A stretch of 64,000 nt of DNA from Octopus sinensis (Eukaryota): positions 62,001 to 126,000 of the forward strand of contig NW_021833028.1 of the NCBI RefSeq assembly GCF_006345805.1, in the 5' to 3' direction. Under the pieces are notes generated by a model, which saw only the letters and a list, made by a program, of their open reading frames with translations, was not told where the DNA came from and ran no database searches. Position numbers and translations under genes: made by a program. Positions 51,960-64,000 of the stretch are shown here, piece by piece; position 1 is the stretch's first letter, and the number at the start of each line of letters is the position of its first letter.

Positions 51960-54900
51960 CACATTCTCTTGAAAATCTCAAACTTCTAGATAGCCAGGAA
52001 GATCCCAGTAAAAATCCCTAAAGGAGTACAAATTGCCGCAGCAATATGCCTTTCAGATATCATTGATCACGCACTGTCCTCTGACAGTTAGGAATCCTGG
52101 CTAAAACTTATTTGCTTTGTCGCACTCGGAATAGTTATAACGGAATCTGATAATTTATTAAACCAAAATTTAATTAAGGTTAAGATATTTAATTAGGACT
52201 TTCAATCCTAATTGGTAGTCTCTCTTCTCCTTTTGGAGAAGAGTCTGCTGCTTGTTCCTCTTCATTCTCTATCTCTCGTCAGTTGTTGTGCGTCTTTTAT
52301 CTTTGAATGGAGTGTCCTGCGGCATGCCATTTCTACTAGTTGATCGGTCGCAGAGGCATATTCCTCGCCAGTTATCTTCATTCCATGCTTGTGTTCAATT
52401 ATCATGCTCTCTAGCGTCCTTTTGAGCACAACCGATTGGATGTATGTCATTGTGGATTTTTCAATATATAGTTTATCCATATAATTTTTGAAGCATCTTG
52501 TGACAACACCATCCCAGGTCAGAACCACGGAATAATTTTAACTTGGCATTCGTAGAGTAGTGAGTTCATTTGCAAGGAATCATATTTGTGAAGTTTCTCA
52601 ACTTCCACTTGTTTTAAGCGGTCCTGAGATGTTATGCCCCCTCGATTAAGGTTATTTCCTTTTTAATCTTGTCATAAACAAAGATATCCGGTTTATTGAA
52701 GTTGACTTTATTTTCTGTTATAATTGACGTGTCAACTCTAATTTCTACATTTTGAGTTGACAATATCGACTGAACTGAATGAGTCTTTAATTTCCTGTTC
52801 TTTTTGATTCCATACATTCGACAAATATGAAGATGGACACATTTAACCACCTCGTCATGTCTTCGGAGATAATCGCTATTGAGCATTTTACCACACTGAG
52901 TGGCCAGATGATCAACAGTTTGTTTACTTTTTATACAATGATTGCATAACGGCCTCGTGTTTGCAAAAAACAAATTTCTATCTTGCAGAAGGCAGTATAA
53001 TGCTTCACTTCGGGGGCCATTATTTCCTTTGGCTAACCATTCTGAGGAAGTAGAAGATCGACATTTGATTCATCCAGGCATTTGAACATAACAGAGTGTA
53101 GTGACTTGGACTTATTTTGTTTAGCAAATATTTTTTCTGAATGTCTTTGAGAGAATTAATATCTATGCTTCTGTGTCAGCAATAGCGTATTTAGAGGTAA
53201 GAAATCCTGCGATTGTAGCCAAATGCCATTTCTTTGTTTTAATAACTCGCAGAATCCCCGACCTTCGCAAACACACAGCCGACTGTTTTTCCAAGCTTTT
53301 AAGGAATTGCATGAGTATTAATTCGCTCTTGAACGAGATGGAGGCAAGTCCTCTTCCAAAAGTTTTGCGGTCTAATACAGCCTTTCTTTATTTGCAGGCT
53401 GGAGATGTAACTTGAGTGTCATGAGCAGTCGACGTATTTGTTTATCAATGTCATCAAATTCATATGGCTCAATATTATTAGCCCAATATAATAATTATAT
53501 AGGGACAATGCATATTCATTTATGGCATAGAATAAGTTCACCGAATTCAATTTTGTTTTTGACAACATAGTTATTCTTTTTTTACATTCATTCTCCATTA
53601 TTGAATTCATAACTTTATTCTTGAGGACATTACTTCCTCCATCTTCAAATACGCCCAAATAGCGATATCCATTGATTCCTTCCAAAGTCTCACAGCATGA
53701 TAAGATTTGACATTAGAGGCCGATTTTTCAGAGTTCATCTCCAGGCCAACGATGTCAAAAATTCTTTAACAGCTCCATCATTTTAATAACACTGTCCTCT
53801 TTAAGAGCAAATATCTTTAGATCGTCAATAAAAAATAGGTGATTGGTAGAATATGTCAACATATTTAGATCCTCCTGATTAATTTGCAATTTGGGGAATT
53901 TAGAGTTCAGGATCCTGCTTAGGGGATCCATTACCATAACAAATAGCAATGGGGATAATGAATCTCCTTGTAAAATTCCTCGGGTTAGCTTTACTGAACC
54001 ATTTTCCTTCCATCAAGATGTAGATTTACTTTCCACTTCTTGACTATACTTTTCACAAAGTTAATAATCCAGAGTGGAATTCCAGAGCTGTCCAATATGT
54101 GGAATAAAATTGGTGATCAACCGAGTCAAAGGCTTTCTTTACATCCACCCAAGCAGAGTACAACAGACTGTTTCCATATTCCTTGTTCAAGCATTGATTA
54201 ATAAGTGCCTGCTCTTTCGCACCCTGACATTGCTTTCTTGTTCCAAGTTGATTGTCTGAAATCAGCCCAAATCCATCCACAAAATCAGAGAGTTTAACAT
54301 TCACACACTTCGTTACAAGCTTGTACAAAGTTGGCATACACGTTATAGGCGTAAATCCTTTGGATTCTCACAATCATCCTTTTTTGGAATCAAGTAAGTT
54401 AATCCTGTGTAAAACCAACTCTCGGGCATGTACTCACCCTTGATTATCCGGATTACTTCATTACACAAGAATTCGTAATGATTTCATTTTCTTGATGAAA
54501 AAGTTATATGTTCCATCGCATCCGCACGCCTTCCAATCAGGCGCATATTTGAGCATATCTTTAACCACTCATTGTGAATTGAGGTTCCATAGCTTCACCA
54601 CCGGTAGACCTCACATCCACACAATTATACGAAACGTGATCCATATTTTTCTTTCTCCAGACGTTCTCCCCAGAATAACAAGCAGTCATCATCATCAAAG
54701 CCATATAAGGTTACCTCATTATTCGACGATAAGTTTCGGTAAAACCTTCTACGGTTTAATTCGAAGCACGCATTGTCTTTTCGGACTCTTTCTTTCCTCG
54801 AGTTATAAATGGATATTTGTTTCTCTTTAATTCTGATTAGGTCATTCATAAGGCCTCAATTCTCATTAGCTCTCCCTTTTTAGATTTTTTATACCCGTAG

Positions 54901-57640
54901 CGGCAAAGAATATCCATTACATTTTTCTTTTCAGATTGAGGTAATGCTTGTCTCGAAAAGGAATTCACTAATTTAATTTCAGCTGCTAATTTCGAAATTT
55001 TGTTTTCTGTGTTTTCCAACCATGTGCTTTTTGTTTTTGGTCTTATATTAAGGCCAAATAAGCACACTGTACAGCATATAATATGTCTGTAATCTGATCC
55101 ATATTTTGTGGAGGATTATCTTCTGTAATACGATAAATTGCAGAATTCAATCCAGACAGAATATTAGTTTTCACTCTATTTTTTTGGATTTTTGGGGTAG
55201 GTTTTCGAGACTCTCTAGGAATAGATTTGATTCTTTCGAGTTGGACTTTGAGTTCTTCTAGACAATTCTTGAAGTTAGAAATTTCAATATTCATGTTAGA
55301 TTTTCCTTCACTACAATCGCCTCTTTTCCCTACATTTTGATTCCCATTTAGTGGTTTGACCATTTTTTTTAGTTGATATAGACTTGAGCACTTTAAGTAT
55401 TTTTCATTGAACTTTTCAGAATGAGATCCCAGCCACCTCTAGGCATCCTTCCAATCTTTCTTTGATAGCATAGAACACCTGAGACACCCATTCAGTCTCA
55501 GAGACACACTTGACATCCTTAATAATGGCGGACATGGAATGAAAGTTAGTTGGTGCAGCACGACTTCCAACTGTAGGATTATGTTAATATTTGTTCTTGT
55601 GCCGTTATCCAGCCCCAGAGACAACACTCCTGCATCCACTACTGTTTTTATTATTTTGATTCTGCAGAAAGGCCCATGGGATTCGTTTTCTTGTTATTGA
55701 TAAAAACGGACATGCACAACACCACAACAACAAAATTATTTTTTACGGAATCTGATAACAATAATAAAGAAAAAGAAAATTTAACCAGGAAACTGAATAT
55801 TAAGCATGAATTTTAGCAGTTATAAGATATTAACATACGCAATACCTGAACAGCCACCTAATGTCAATGAGGTAGAAACCAGAGGAGCATACACCAAAGA
55901 TTGACAAGAGAGTAATTCAGAAACTATTGGAGGCGATGAGTGGGTTATCACGTCCGATGACACAGTATTGTCTTTATTTGTAGTCTAGACTGTATACCAT
56001 AATACTGAAGCACTCAAATGTATCGACTGATTATAAAGTTATTGAATCTTGAAAGAACCCAGGAGAGTATCATTTCCGAATCAGAAGTGGGCCACAGAAT
56101 TGCTTCCTAGCAGCGGCGAAGGCTAAAGACCTTACGTCCATTTACACCTCGCTGGGCGGTGTTTTGTCAAATCAATTACCGATCTAATCAGAAAAATGGC
56201 TAACGGAGACCTTCCAGAATTTTCCAGAGAATTGCTCTTCTCCGCAAGGTTACTTGCTTGTAAAAAACCCAATGAAGGAATCCGCCCCGTTGGGGTTGGG
56301 AACTATTTCAGAAGCCTTACAGCAAAGGTACCATAGACCCTGGTGAGCCGACAACATGGAGATGAATTTTTTCCTAAAAAATGGGTGTTTGTATCCAGTA
56401 CGGATGTGAGGCTGCGGTTCATGCTACAAGGCGTTTCTTCACACAGAGAAATATTTCAAATGAATACATTTAATCAAGTTGGACATAACGAATACATTCA
56501 ATTCTCTCAGAAGAGAAAATTATAAGAACGTATTGAAAGATGGTTCCAAGGCTTTTTCCTTTTTTGTCAAATGGTCATATGGGAATGATACGTCTCTCGT
56601 TTTTGAAAATAAAATTAGTAAATCAAAAACGGGTGTCAAACAAGGAAATACGCTCGGACTTCTCTTATTTGCCCTGACTATTAACAATGTTGTCAGATCA
56701 ATTGATGCACAGCTATATCTCTGGTATCTCGACGATGTCACAATTGGAGGATCATTCAAGGAAACATACAATTTATTACGTTAAGCGCTACCCGCTTAAA
56801 AAAACTTAGGATTTGCCATCGATATTAATAAATTAGAGCTAATGAATGTCTTATATCCAAACAACAACTTTCTCTCTATCAAAGAGTCCTTTAACGAACT
56901 GCTTCCTGAAATCTCTTAAGAAACATCTACTTTTCAAAAATGAAAAATTAACACGCTTCGCGGAAGATTTTCATGCTCAGACTCTCACACATCCTTCTTC
57001 CTAATGAGAAACAACACCGGACTACCCAAGCTTTTTCTACTCCGATTTTCACCCTTTTAACAACAATAGGACAGTCTACTTTTGTTTGAAAAATCTCTCA
57101 AACAAAATGTTGAGTCAACGCCTGCATCGACGAACTTGGTTGGAAGCAATGTAAGCTTCCTTCTGGATTTGTGGTGTCGGTCTAAGATCAGCACTGGAGG
57201 TCTCTCTCAAGTTGCAGCCATCTGACACGGCAAATTATTTAAACTACGCAGCTTTGAACGATGTGATCGTTCGAGCTCTGAAGGCTACAAGCTTCCCAGC
57301 AAAACTTAAATCAGTTGGTCTCAATCGAGGAGATGGAAAGAGATATGACGGGATGATCCTTTATTTTTTCATATCCGGAAGATCTTTGATCTGGGATGCA
57401 ACTTTTGTTGACACGTATTCAAACACGAACCTCCTTAAATAAGTTCAGACTTTTGGTGCAGCTGCTTCAATAGCAGAAAATCTGAAAATTAAAAAATATT
57501 CCTCCCCTGTGGATCGCTAAAGATTTACAATCTGTGGCAGCCAAGTCAACGGGAGCCGTTGGTTCAAAAACTACTGAGTTCTTGCTCGAACTCGAAGGAA
57601 TGCCTGTCGTAAAGAAGAGAGAGATTACGATAAGGGCTTT
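51960..57640 (+). mobile_element. Degenerate CRE-type retrotransposon interrupted by R4-like element
   Basis: KIPKGVQIAAA..ESWLKL left of insert; GIRPVGVG, GVKQGNTLG, WYLDDVTIGG, GKRYDG, WDATFVD right of insert. Confidence 0.8.
52154..55744 (-). mobile_element. Apparently full-length R4/Dong-like REL non-LTR retrotransposon
   Basis: 14-bp TSD ACGGAATCTGATAA (52140-52153, 55745-55758); DVKKAFDSV, GILQGDSLSPLLF, FIDDLK, CNHC..DHLATQC, RRHD, KPDI. Confidence 0.9.
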
Positions 57641-57996
57641 CTATAATAGTTGTACTCAGAAGGAACTCGTTTTCGATCCAGGCAGCAGGCTTGTTCAACT
57701 ACCCTTTGCCTTTTTTATAACTATTTGACACTTTTAGTTAATAAAATATTATATTAATAAAAGGTGCATTTTAAATTTCACATCTTTTTTGAGATACTCC
57801 CCATTATTGGTCAAAATCTCAATTCCTTTTCATTCTACACCAGTGACTTTAATGCAAAAAGAAAGCTTAGAATGAACTACTCTTAAAAAAAGGAATGTAC
57901 TCGGATCAAAGAATTGCTAGGAAAACAAATCAATATTTTTCTAATAAAACAAGAAAATTGAAACATGTTAGTAAATTGAGAAATCACATTAGTGGG

Positions 57997-58429
57997 TTAA
58001 TAGTGATTAGCACGGCATTCCTTTAGAAGATCTGCAAATCCCTGGCACAGAGACACGTCTTCAGAGTAGTTTTGAACACAGTTCATAAAACGTCCCATCT
58101 CTTCGCTACAAACTTTAACATTTTCTGGCTGTGGTTGCTCAACGTGGGATGTGCCTCCAAAACCGCTGGTAAGAGCAGCCCCTACTGTATGTCCCTAAAA
58201 TTAATTATATGACGTAACAATTGCTGATCCGACTGCTACACCACCAGCTGTAGCTGCCATTTGTCCCATTAATCCGGGCCCGGACTGTGGTGTTGGCACA
58301 GCCGGAGATGTTTGATGATTTCTAGTTGTTGGTAAATTTCTTGATCTGGTTGGACTTGAAGATCTTTAAGTAATAGATTGTAACATTAAACCTGGAAGAA
58401 CCACGAGATGAACCACCACGACGACCCAT
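57997..58429 (-). CDS. CHCHD2: CHCHD2/CHCHD10 (Mix17) twin CX9C mitochondrial protein; missed by ORF track
   Basis: MGRRGGSSRG..PGLMGQMAATAGGVAVGSAI|GHTVG..CSEEMGRFMNC..CQGFADLLKEC; two introns (28 and 24 nt). Confidence 0.93.
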
Positions 58430-58869
58430 TTCTAGAATTTTCTTAAAATTAATTATTAATACAATAAGATGAGAATTATAAAATTAAATAATATGAAATT
58501 AAAAAAACTAAAAAATTTGTATATTCACTTTGAAAGTAAAAAGAATTGATAAATGGGAGATTACATAAGTCAATTTTTTCCATATTTGCAAGTTCGAGAA
58601 ATCTTGATAAAGGCAATCTCATGACGTCTTCTACCGTTGATAATTCGGTCGGCCGGGACTTTTCTTCCCAATAATATTGCTCAGCATAACTGTTAATTCA
58701 GATGAATCAGAACGGGCGACATGTCCTAAAAACGTGTTTTACAAGTTTGACCGTATCTACCCGTTTGAGTACATCGATGTATTTTAGAAAATTAGATTCA
58801 TCTAAAAAAACGTAATTACAATTCTAGAATAATTATTTTAATTTTTTTGGGGGTGTCAATTTTATTAAA

Positions 58870-60340
58870 TTGTAATCTTTGCTAAGTGATCCACGATGTT
58901 AATTCTTTGATTGAGAGGACGGGCGAATAGATAGGCAGTTTCCGCGCAATATCGCAAGCGAAATGCGCTCAAAAGGCCAGCTAGAATCACGTCTCTCGTG
59001 ACTTTTCCTCAAAATCATCAAACCGATTTTTGAAAGGAACTCCAGGGCTTTTGGGCCGATTATCCCACTCGTCTCGAAAGCCAGGGGGACGAAAAAGCAG
59101 GGGTTCTCCAATGAGGCGTACTTTGCGATTTTTTTTCGTTTCGGCATGTGCGGAACCTGAGCCAGGGCGAATACTTTAATAGCCCAGGGGTCGGCAAATA
59201 CTTTTGGAGAAGAGCCAATTTTAAACATTTTTGGAAATTTCGAAAAATTGAAGAGCCACCTTTTACCACTTGTCAAAAATTTAAATTCATAAAATTAAAT
59301 AGACATTAATTTAAAAAATAATTAAGAATTCATTCTAAAAAATTAAATTCCGAATATTGTCAAAGTTCCGTATGCAAATTTTTTTAATTCATAATAAGAA
59401 TCTGGAAGAGAATTGCAAGTTTCAAAAATCACATCTTCAAGTTTCTTTTTTATAACATTAATATCATTTTTAATTTTACCAGACAATGTTTTTGTTCCAA
59501 GTTTTCAAGTAATTCTGAAAGGCGAATAAACTTTGATGTCCATAATTTCTTACATGTCAAGTCCAATAGCTGCATTTCGAACTCAGCTGCGTTAATTTCA
59601 AATGGCAATAAATTTTAAGTGCTGACTTTAGCACATAGGGGGTTTATAACGAACGATAGAGTTGCCTTTTCTTTTCTAAAATCCTTAAACCTTTTTATAT
59701 TTAAACATTCATTTTTAACCTGGCATTGAAAGATTTCTTCATATACAAAAGAGCATTTTTAAAATAAGTTTTATTTATAATTCGATCATTTTTTTCCAAA
59801 TATTGACGTAATTTACGAAAATGTAAAATATTTTGTTCTATATCCTCTTCAAACAGAATTAATTTGTTTCAAATAATATCACTTCCTCATACATGAAAAA
59901 TGCAATATTTCCTTTGGAATTTTGAATTAAGTTTGTTTAATTCTGATGTTATGTCAACCATAAAATAGAATTTTGCAGCCATTGGTCATCACTTAATTCG
60001 TCATAATGAATTTTTTTCTCATTTAAAAAAAGTTTGACTTCTTGCAAACAAGAAGCAAACCAATTAACAAAACAAAAAAATAGTTAAAAATTGAAAGAGC
60101 CTACTTAAGAGTTAAAGAGCCTCCAAAGGCTCCCGAGCCCGCTTTTGCCGACCCCTGGTCTAACCCAATTGGCTCCAGGACCGAAGGGAATCCAGGACTG
60201 TAATAGCAGACATGCGGGACCGATCTCCTGAACGAAGCTGATTGCCTTACTGCCCAAGGAACCGGAAGTCTCAACCGCGAATCAAAGGAATTGGAACTTC
60301 TCCGTAAGTGAGGAGTACTTCCGCATCTTTTTGCATTCCA
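58870..60340 (-). mobile_element. CRE-type REL fragments flanking a hAT remnant
   Basis: KIAKY..FVPLAFETSGIIG..FERISLAILRGN; second piece 60158-60340. Confidence 0.7.
59185..60156 (-). mobile_element. Internally deleted Buster-type hAT
   Basis: TIR CAGGGGTCGGCAAA at both ends; decayed transposase (FYFMVDITSELN); TSD degenerate. Confidence 0.8.
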
Positions 60341-60633
60341 TTATTTTAATTATGTCTAGTATTGACAGTAATCAATAGTTTATAATCCGAAGTTTTTGTT
60401 TACAAATGGAACAACGGCAAAACCTTTTCTGAGTGTGGCCATTAAGTCGAACTTGAGAAAGACCACAGAGAAGGCAGGCCCTGTGATTTGGTTGAGTGTG
60501 CCCATCAAAGAGATTTGTCCTGACTCGAAGAGGAGGAGAATCGAATGAATGAAAGCAAATGCATTAATTAAAAATTAATTATTACTTGTTGTTGTGGTTT
60601 ATAAGATCTTTGAATTTTAAAACTATATATATA

Positions 60634-61576
60634 ATGTATTTAAAGATTTGTAAATGTATAGTGATTGTTATATTCGGCACGCTGCTATTAATAAATTTTT
60701 CAAAATACGAAGAATCAGTATCATTTATAAAATATAGTTTTAAAGTTCGACACCATAGAAAGTTCAGAAGGAGAGAAAGAAGGCGAGAAAATAGTACTCG
60801 TGAGTGCTTACTACGTGATTGATTCCTTCACAAAAGTCGGCGGAAAAATCCGCACAAAGGAAAACTATTACACGTGGTTAGATCGATTCCGTTTTATAAA
60901 CAACGACCTGATATTCTTTTCCGACAGTTATGAACCATTGCGTCATGTGAGGAAGATAAGAAAGTCGAAACCAACATTACTCCTGTTCCTAAACCGATCA
61001 GAACTTATCGGATTCAAAAACATTGACAAAATAAATCACATATTCACACTCCCTGGATATCGACGGGATTTAACCGAAACAGCAAACTGCCACTACTCGG
61101 CTATCATGCACTCCAAGCATGACCTGATTGAACGAGCTATTAAATTGGGTGGAAATTTGTCTTATTATGCGTGGGTCGACGCCGGGTTGTTCCGCTATAC
61201 TCCCTTTTCTGAAGACGTCATATTGAGGGCCAACAAATACATAGACAAGACACGGTTGGTGATGTCCCAGATCTATGACTTCCGTGACTACTCTATTGAG
61301 GAAATTACCAAGGGTCCCCATATTTGGGTCTCAGGGGGGTTTTTGGTGGGATATGTCAATGTTTTGCTCAAGTTTTGCGAAGTTTACAGAAATTTCTTTT
61401 TTAAATTGCTGTCGATGAACTTGATAGCCACTGACGAACAAGCTATCTACTCGCTCTATTCGAGTCAGGGAAGGGCTCTTATGAATGACAGTGTCAAGTT
61501 ACAAGTTTTTCAATGTCAATATTTCGGACTATATTCCCTGTTTGGTAGAGTTGTTGCGGTTGAAAGCTGTCCATAA
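60634..61576 (+). CDS. HtrL/YibB (WlaTC)-like putative glycosyltransferase, type II membrane protein
   Basis: N-terminal TM, 28-nt intron 60718-60745, then LVSAYY, YSAIMHSKHDL, YAWVDAGLFR, VSGGFLVG, TDEQAIY. Confidence 0.75.
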
Positions 61577-61747
61577 ATTTTACTCTTATTTCGTTTTCAT
61601 TTTTGAAATTTTATTTTAATATGGTTAGATTAGACTTAATATGGTTAGGATAGCCTGTTTTTCGAAGATGAGTCTTTGTTTCTTTTTCATAAAAATGCTC
61701 TAAATATAAAAAAAATAAATTTTCTGTACACTTTAATTACTTTTTTA

Positions 61748-62798
61748 ATGTCAGATACGAAACAATTCAGGTGTGAATCTTATGTTAAATATGGATTCAC
61801 AAAATATCTATTTTTTGAAAACAATTTTGATAAGGCTTAATGCATGATTTGCCATAGCATTCTTAACAATACTTCACTTAAGCCGGCAAAGTTAAAAAGG
61901 CATCTGGAGTCTGGTGATCTATATTAAAACTTAGCTTTGAGGAGTTCTCCGCTAAGCAAAAAATTTATCATTCCACGCCAAAAATAACTTCTTTTTTTTC
62001 AATCCAAACCTACTGTTTGCACACAATAGGAGGTTTTTTTCTTTTTTAATTTAAAGATAGCTTATATACAGTGCCTGACAAAAAAATTGGATTTGTAATA
62101 AATCGATTTTTTTTAAAAATAAATTATAATTTAATTTTCTTACATCATTCTTGGTAAAAATACAATCATTTTTTAATTTTTAAAATTATTTTTGGCTTTT
62201 AGAATTTAATTCTATGCAGAATTTAAAATTTGCCGGACAAAAAAATTGGATTTGGACCAAAAAATTGGATTTTCGTATAAATGAAGCTTAATTCAAAAAT
62301 CCATTTATCTGATTTTTGATGAAACAATACAATACAATTAATCTCGAGTGATGAACCCTCAATTTCTGCTGTGTCTCTTTCTGAGATAACAAAAACTCAA
62401 TTTAATGTGGACGTATTTCCCAGAACAATTGGTCGTATACTAAATTCATTTGGATTACATGCCCGAGTTGCAAAACACTTTGTCAGTTGGTTTTTGTACG
62501 TTTTGTCGAGGCAAACAAAATCGTTGAGGATTTTCTTTTTTGTATCGAGCTGAATGGAAGAACATGAGTTCAGGATATTTTTGCTGTTCTTGACAAATTT
62601 ATAGAACTTAACTTTATTGACTTGAATAAAGTCCGATCAATTTGCACTGACGGAGCTCCTTCAATGCTTGGATATCGGTCAGGAAAAAAATAAGATTTGA
62701 TTTAATTCTTGATTAAGATAAAATCGATAGTAGAGGGTCCCTGAAATTTTTTTAAAGCACTTTGAGGGTCCCCATTAAAAAAAGGTTGAGAAACCCTG
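61748..62798 (+). mobile_element. hAT remnant split by Tc1 fragment
   Basis: YVKYGF..CMIC..LKPAKLKRHL; ICTDGAPSMLG; right TIR GGTTGAGAAACCCTG. Confidence 0.7.
62069..62480 (+). mobile_element. Tc1 left end with internal deletion, same family as 1-1139
   Basis: TA-CAGTGCCTGACAAAA; high similarity to reverse complement of 555-1139. Confidence 0.88.
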
Positions 62799-62799
62799 G

Positions 62800-63510
62800 T
62801 ATAGACGGTCTCCGAGCCGAACACGTTAAAAACATGCTCTCTCTTCAAACCTGTGAAGCTGGTCATCGCTTCCTATTCTTCCTAGCGCTTCTTACGAACC
62901 GAATTTTGAATAAAAAGATCTCCGAGTATGCCCATGACTTATTTTTCGCCGCTGAGCTCACCACCCTGAGCAAAAAGGAAGGCGATGTCCCTTCTATCGC
63001 CGTGGGTTGCCTCTTCCTCCGTGAATTGTCAAAATTAGCTTGCAGACAAGTTATCAAGTTGCTGAGACCCAAATAACGCCAAATAAAATTCGGTGTAGGG
63101 GTTCGGGGTGACTTTGAATCAGCAGTCCACGCCACGAGGAAGTTTTTTTTACCTCACAAAATCGGCGAGAAAAGCCTTGTCTATTTATCAAGATAGACTT
63201 GACTAATTGTTTTAACCGTGTGCGTCGTGAGACTTTTTTAAATCTGTTCCCCGTCGCTGTCCAGCAATCTCCCGTCTTTTCGCCTCCGCCTGTCTTGTCT
63301 GCTTGTAGGTTTTCTGAAGTATTCAGGAGTCTGCATGATAGCTATCCCAATGCCGTCAGTTGAGACCTTATAACGCCGTGGAGACATCCGGGGTCATCAG
63401 CCAGAAATCGTTTTTTCCTTCGTCGACTAGGACGAAGATTACTAAGAATCACTACGAGACTCGCCATCTTTTCGAAAGATTCTTGTTGGAAACTGCCAGA
63501 CCATCGCAGT
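62800..63510 (+). mobile_element. CRE-type RT/REL fragments
   Basis: IDGLRAEHVK, KKEGDVPSIAVG, IDLTNCFN, AVETSGVI. Confidence 0.72.
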
Positions 63511-63589
63511 TCGAAATAATTTTTGTCTGTGTTCTCTTTTTCCCTTAAAAAATTGTTAAAATTTAGTTAGTTAGTAGCCCGAACACGGA

Positions 63590-63755
63590 CTTCGCCCAAA
63601 TCAAATCCTGTCTCAAGACCGGTGATGACTTGGACAGGCTGCGGCTCACAGCGCTTAACTGAGGAAAGTGGAGAAGACTCGTTACTAACATTATTTTGGG
63701 TGTTGTACAAATGGGACTATAATTATTATGGCCCTACAATAAGTGCGATAATAAT
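63590..63755 (+). mobile_element. RTE 3' end, sister of 36718-36900
   Basis: Nucleotide similarity; AATAATAG tail. Confidence 0.75.
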
Positions 63756-64000
63756 AGTAGCCCCGAACTCCCTGACATGCAGAAAGCCGGCGGTTATTAA
63801 GCGACGCACAGCGTGGACAGGTCGCTTCAAGAAATCCCGAAGCACTGCGTGTGGTAGCGATATTGCCGGTGGTCCGGGACAGAAGAAAAAGTGATGGACA
63901 GAAATCGGATTGAAGTTACACACGTGGCAGGACCTTTTAGTTTTTTTCTCATGTAATCGCGTCCAAAGCAGGGGTGATGTCCGCAGCGAAGTTTTCAGAA

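Noticed and set aside
58552-60548. Possible small gene with in-frame TGA, hinting at TGA reassignment
   Set aside because: Splice model unresolved; TAM41 and PNPT1 end in TGA and conserved Trp codons are TGG

Overview
AT-rich, compact eukaryotic (animal) nuclear DNA, not prokaryotic. Host genes are split by very short introns (22-33 nt in nearly all cases I resolved), so the ORF track fragments them. By manual splicing I recover TAM41, PSMB5, NT5C2, a KDM6/UTX orthologue, a second divergent proteasome beta5-like gene, RPL41, an unknown multi-exon gene, PNPT1, alanine aminotransferase (frameshifted as assembled), CHCHD2/10 and an HtrL/YibB-like membrane protein. Much of the rest is nested transposons: Buster-type and other hAT, Tigger/pogo, Tc1, a Merlin-like MITE, many CRE-type REL retrotransposon fragments, RTE elements and a full-length R4/Dong-like element. 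Intron size plus metazoan genes suggests a reduced parasite such as a dicyemid or myxozoan (inference only). Most notable: (1) a UTX whose JmjC domain has lost all three Fe(II) ligands and 2-oxoglutarate residues while TPR and Zn-finger regions stay open; (2) a beta5 paralogue lacking the catalytic Thr; (3) an intact hAT transposase with host-type stop-containing micro-introns; (4) apparent length-based intron definition; (5) PHD-bearing CRE elements. All gene models and homology calls are by eye, without database searches.
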